64,000 bases of DNA. Source: Blepharisma stoltei ATCC 30299 (lineage: Eukaryota > Protista > Ciliophora). The DNA lies in NCBI GenBank assembly GCA_965603825.1, contig CBFDEM010000030.1, forward strand, positions 572,331 through 636,330, in the 5' to 3' direction. This document shows, piece after piece, positions 59,062-64,000 of this stretch (position 1 is the stretch's first letter; the number at the start of each line of letters is the position of its first letter). A program made the translations under genes and the position numbers. A model generated the notes under the pieces. The model was not told where the DNA came from. It ran no database searches and worked only from the letters and a program-made list of their open reading frames with translations.

Positions 59062-59970
59062 ATGGAAGCTGAATGACTCCAAACTCTTAAGCAAGGGAAG
59101 TGTCTTGCCGAAAGTGACCTATTCAACCTTTGCGAGCAAGTTAAAGCTATCCTTATGGAAGAAAACAACGTTCAGCCAGTTTCAGCACCTGTCATCATAT
59201 GTGGTGATATTCACGGTCAATTTTACGATCTCCTTGAACTGTTTAGAGTAGGCGGCCAAATTCCAGAAAAAAATTACATATTTATGGGTGATTACGTAGA
59301 CCGTGGATATAATTCAGTTGAAACTTTTGAATTCCTAATGGCACTTAAAGTGAATTACCCTCAAAATATTACACTGCTTAGAGGAAACCACGAAAGTCGA
59401 CAAATCACACAAGTTTATGGGTTTTATGATGAATGTGTAAGAAAATATGGAAATGCAAATCCTTGGAAATATTGCACAGAAGTTTTTGATTATTTGAATA
59501 TTTCCGCAGTTGTTGAAGACAAAATTTTGTGCGTGCATGGCGGATTATCTCCGGAAATAAAAACAATTGACCAAATGAGAGTAATTGAGAGAAAAGTGGA
59601 AATTCCTCACGAAGGCGCATTTTGTGATTTGATGTGGAGTGACCCTGAAGATATTGAAACATGGTCTATGAGTCCTAGAGGCGCTGGATGAATTTTTGGA
59701 TCAAAAGTGACTGAGGAGTTCAATTATATTAATGGATTAAGCTTGATATGTCGGGCCCATCAACTAGTGCAGGAAGGATATAAGTTTTGGTTCCCGCTTC
59801 AAAATTTAGTTACAGTTTGGAGTGCACCTAATTACTTTTATAGGTGTGCTAATCAAGCAGCAATTTTTGAGGTTGCTGAAGATCTTTCGACGTCGTTCAA
59901 GATGTTCACAGAGGTTCCTGAAAGTGCAAAAAGTCTTCCTCCTAGAGCTGTAGTTCCGTATTTCTTATAA
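59062..59970 (+). CDS. PPP6C: Serine/threonine phosphatase PP6 catalytic subunit, 302 aa
   Basis: [41 protein letters not shown](W)IFG, C-terminal PYFL; two TGA=Trp. Confidence 0.92.
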
Positions 59971-60933
59971 AAGTTACATAAATTTTATTTGAAATCTATT
60001 ATGAGAATTTAAAATTTATATTTAGCTCTTAAAATATTAAGAAATTCTTTATAATATTTAATATTAAAGAAATATAGGCTAAAAAAGTGGTTTTAGATGT
60101 GCTCAGCATTGAATTATAATCTATCCTTAAAGGCAGTAAAGTCGAATTTATTGGAAACAGCGAAACTGAATGGGATAAAGTTTTTTATGAAACCAAATGA
60201 GCATCAAGTTCGAAAGGGCAAATGTATGAGGTAATTTCAAAATATATGCAATGAAGAGATAAAGCTCCTTGTGTTTTCTCTTCGCGGTATTTATGAGTTC
60301 AATCTGATTATAGCATATTTTAACAATTACAGGAAATAAAAGGTATCCTTTAAAAAAATGTTTAAACAGAGCCTAAAGAAAGGATTTATTTAGAGCAAAA
60401 CTTGATTAATAAAGCGTGAATACCTTTAAGAGGAATCTTTCTAAACAATTCTATTCTGCTGCTTACAAATACTTAATCTCACCCTCCGTGAGCGAGTAAA
60501 ACTAGAAACAAAGACACTTTCTATAATCTTCAGAGCTAATTTAAGAAAGGAGGTTGAATCTCAGTACACCGTAAGACAAGCTCTCTCTCGTGCATGCAAT
60601 TCATCTCTTCATGTAATTGATGTGCATAAGATTTGTCAAGTCATTATTTGGTGCATATACTTGCTATTAAGAACAAGGCCCCTCACATACCCCTTTTAAT
60701 AGTGAAATTTTTGAAAGTATAAAACAATGATAAAAGAGCACAGCAATGCCCAATAAACTCTTATTTTTAAATCACCTTAGAATCATATAAAGATGCTATT
60801 TTGCTTTATTTTCTCCATCTCTAGCAATATTTAAATTATATTTAGTACTTTTATTAAAGAATTAACACATTAATAGCATATTTTTGTTTGTATTAAAGAA
60901 GTACCTAGATTTTATTGGCTTATAATCAATAAA

Positions 60934-61472
60934 ATGTATCTGAATAATCAAACTAAAAAACCAAAAATTATGCACAGAGAATCCGAATCTAAAAGCTATA
61001 TTGAAGATTACCAATTAGGAACGACAAATGAACCTGGAAGATGGCATCCTACTTTAGAAATGGATGAAACTAAAATTGTCAATTGAAATCATGAAACAAG
61101 GTAGGCCTTCGGCATTTACGATAGAGGAACAAAAAAGTCTCGAATATTTTTTTGCTCTAACAATAGAACCTATGCAGAATTGAGAAATTTTATAATGCTA
61201 TCAGCAATGACAAGTCCGGAAAATCCGACTAAAATTTTGACCGATAACTGGAAGGCGTATAATCAACTAGAGAATGATGGTTTCAGATATAGGATCGTGT
61301 ATCACAACAGATCTTTCGATCTGGAAGAGAGACTACGAACCATATAGGAAAATCTTTGGTTCAGAATGAAAAATTAAAATCTTTCACAAAAGGATTTAAC
61401 CCAAAATATGAAGAAGATATTGATGACTATGTGAATTATTTTCAATGTTTACTTACATATAACTATTATTAA
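60934..61472 (+). pseudogene. Decayed IS1595/ISXO2-like (Merlin superfamily) DDE transposase
   Basis: LEMDET...R*AFGIYDRGT...ILTDNWKAYNQL...IVYHNRSF / ETTNHI / ENLWFRMK / KGFN...IDDYVNYFQ; TAG at 61102-61104 plus frameshifts. Confidence 0.8.
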
Positions 61473-61500
61473 TGATGGCTTATTATAACTAAATTTTATT

Positions 61501-62049
61501 CTAAATCTGCATTTTTTGAAGTAGTTCAATACGATCTCGCTCTAATAAACCGTTAATAAAATTGATATCTTTTTCAGAAAGGTTTCATTCATCCCAAGTG
61601 AAAACACCTCTTGCTTCATTTTCTAGCTTCAAATTATAAGCCCTATTAAAGTCCTGCAAAGCTGCTTCTTCTTGTCTGAGATTATTAAATACTCTAGCTC
61701 GGTTGCAGAAATACAAAGGATTATTGGTTCCAAGTTTGATTGCCTCATCATAGCATTGTATTGCATCTTGATATCTCTGCAAAATATAAAGAGTATTGCC
61801 TTTATCATTATAATACTTGGCATCATTTTGATTGATTTTGATTGCTTTATCATAGCTTTCTACTGCTTCTGGATATCTTCCTAATTCATTTAAAGCATAT
61901 CCTTTCTTTCAGTAAAAATTAGCATTATTTGGATCGAGTTTGATTGCTTCGTTATAGCATTTGACTGCTTCTAGATATCTTTCGAATTTTCTAAAAGCGT
62001 CGCCTTTATTATTATAATATATAGCATTATTTGGATCGAGTTTGATTGC
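61501..62049 (-). CDS. TPR-repeat protein, 5'-truncated by the telomere
   Basis: Open frame from the telomere junction to TAG at 61501-61503 with 34-aa repeats (AIKLDPNNAIYYNNKGDAF...EAVKCYNE); no start codon ahead of the first repeat; two TGA=Trp. Confidence 0.88.
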
Positions 62050-64000
62050 TTAGGGTGTTAGGGTGTTAGGGTGTTAGGGTGTTAGGGTGTTAGGGTGTTA
62101 GGGTGTTAGGGTGTTAGGGTGTTAGGGTGTTAGGGTGTTAGGGTGTTAGGGTGTTAGGGTGTTAGGGTGTTAGGGTGTTAGGGTGTTAGGGTGTTAGGGT
62201 GTTAGGGTGTTAGGGTGTTAGGGGTGTTAGGGTGTTAGGGTGTTAGGGTGTTAGGGTGTTAGGGTGTTAGGGTGTTAGGGTGTTAGGGTGTTAGGGTGTT
62301 AGGGTGTTAGGGTGTTAGGGTGTTAGGGTGTTAGGGTGTTAGGGTGTTAGGGTGTTAGGGTGTTAGGGTGTTAGGGTGTTAGGGTGTTAGGGTGTTAGGG
62401 TGTTAGGGTGTTAGGGTGTTAGGGTGTTAGGGTGTTAGGGTGTTAGGGTGTTAGGGTGTTAGGGTGTTAGGGTGTTAGGGTGTTAGGGTGTTAGGGGTGT
62501 TAGGGTGTTAGGGTGTGTTAGGGTGTTAGGGTGTTAGGGTGTTAGGGTGTTAGGGTGTTAGGGTGTTAGGGTGTTAGGGTGTTAGGGTGTTAGGGTGTTA
62601 GGGTGTTAGGGTGTTAGGGTGTTAGGGTGTTAGGGTGTTAGGGTGTTAGGGTGTTAGGGTGTTAGGGTGTTAGGGTGTTAGGGTGTTAGGGTGTTAGGGT
62701 GTTAGGGTGTTAGGGTGTTAGGGTGTTAGGGTGTTAGGGTGTTAGGGTGTTAGGGTGTTAGGGTGTTAGGGTGTTAGGGTGTTAGGGTGTTAGGGTGTTA
62801 GGGTGTTAGGGTGTTAGGGTGTTAGGGTGTTAGGGTGTTAGGGTGTTAGGGTGTTAGGGTGTTAGGGTGTTAGGGTGTTAGGGTGTTAGGGTGTTAGGGT
62901 GTTAGGGTGTTAGGGTGTTAGGGTGTTAGGGTGTTAGGGTGTTAGGGTGTTAGGGTGTTAGGGTGTTAGGGTGTTAGGGTGTTAGGGTGTTAGGGTGTTA
63001 GGGTGTTAGGGTGTTAGGGTGTTAGGGTGTTAGGGTGTAGGGTGTTAGGGTGTTAGGGTGTTAGGGTGTTAGGGTGTTAGGGTGTTAGGGTGTTAGGGTG
63101 TTAGGGTGTTAGGGTGTTAGGGTGTTAGGGTGTTAGGGTGTTAGGGTGTTAGGGTGTTAGGGTGTTAGGGTGTTAGGGTGTTAGGGTGTTAGGGTGTTAG
63201 GGTGTTAGGGTGTTAGGGTGTTAGGGTGTTAGGGTGTTAGGGTGTTAGGGTGTTAGGGTGTTAGGGTGTTAGGGTGTTAGGGTGTTAGGGTGTTAGGGTG
63301 TTAGGGTGTTAGGGTGTTAGGGTGTTAGGGTGTTAGGGTGTTAGGGTGTTAGGGGTGTTAGGGTGTTAGGGTAGGTGTTAGGGTGTTAGGGTGTTAGGGT
63401 GTTAGGGTGTTAGGGTGTTGGTTAGGGTGTTAGGGTGTTAGGGTGTTAGGGTGTTAGGGTGTTAGGGTGTTAGGGTGTTAGGGTGTTAGGGTGTTAGGGT
63501 GTTAGGGTGTTAGGGTGTTAGGGTGTTAGGGTGTTAGGGTGTTAGGGTGTTAGGGTGTTAGGGTGTTAGGGTGTTAGGGTGTTAGGGTGTTAGGGTGTTA
63601 GGGTGTTAGGGTGTTAGGGTGTTAGGGTGTTAGGGTGTTAGGGTGTTAGGGTGTTAGGGTGTTAGGGTGTTAGGGTGTTAGGGTGTTAGGGTGTTAGGGT
63701 GTAGGTGTTAGGGTGTTAGGGTGTTAGGGTGTTAGGGTGTTAGGGTGTTAGGGTGTTAGGTGTTAGGGTGTTAGGGTGTTAGGGTGTTAGGGTGTTAGGG
63801 TGTTAGGGTGTTAGGGTGTTAGGGTGTTAGGGTGTTAGGGTGTTAGGGTGTTAGGGTGTTAGGTGTTAGGGTTAGGGTGTTAGGGTGTTAGGGTGTTAGG
63901 GTGTTAGGGTGTTAGGGTGTTAGGGTGTTAGGGTGTTAGGGTGTTAGGGTGTTAGGGTGTTAGGGTGTTAGGTGTTAGGGTGTTAGGGTGTTAGGGTGTT
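62050..64000 (+). repeat. Telomere (TGTTAGGG)n, i.e. CCCTAACA on the opposite strand, about 240 units
   Basis: Directly visible; G-rich strand runs 5'->3' toward the end of the window. Confidence 0.99.

Noticed and set aside
565-59691. Many genes look like pseudogenes or split ORFs in the supplied track
   Set aside because: Each break traced is an in-frame TGA (Trp) or a 15-16 nt intron; the frames are otherwise intact.
17990-59691. Selenocysteine or Cys reading of TGA
   Set aside because: TGAs align with conserved Trp, not Cys, in non-redox proteins.
59971-60930. Possible gene remnants or transposon terminal repeats upstream of the transposase relic
   Set aside because: Short frames with no recognisable motif; no inverted repeat pair could be identified by eye.
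1-64000. CRISPR arrays, tRNA/rRNA genes, prokaryotic operons
   Set aside because: None seen; the sequence is eukaryotic and its repeats are telomeric, coding or degenerate.

Overview
Gene-dense, AT-rich eukaryotic chromosome end that runs into about 1.95 kb of (TGTTAGGG)n telomere. Three signals read directly from the sequence point to the macronuclear (somatic) genome of a heterotrich ciliate, most likely Blepharisma: (1) the 8-nt telomere repeat CCCTAACA/TGTTAGGG; (2) 15-16 nt GT...AG introns with an A six nucleotides from the 3' end; (3) UGA read as Trp (about 30 in-frame TGAs, several at invariant Trp positions) while every gene I traced ends in TAA/TAG. The supplied ORF track uses the standard code, so it splits or truncates roughly half the genes. 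Re-read, the window holds about 44 protein genes, among them SBPase, an Arc1p-like protein, a RAP-domain protein, SCOT, a UPF1-like helicase, importin-beta, BRE, BUB3, SRP72, delta-COP, CDC14, fimbrin, two Rabs, Pol kappa and PP6. Most notable: a hidden histone H3 variant with CenH3/CENP-A hallmarks, a UPF1 paralogue with a substituted Walker B motif, a decayed IS1595/Merlin-type transposase in the subtelomere, a TPR gene cut in mid-repeat by telomere addition, a 517-aa hyper-acidic secreted protein, and several unusual domain fusions or pseudo-enzymes. All family calls come from motif recognition by eye; no database search was run.
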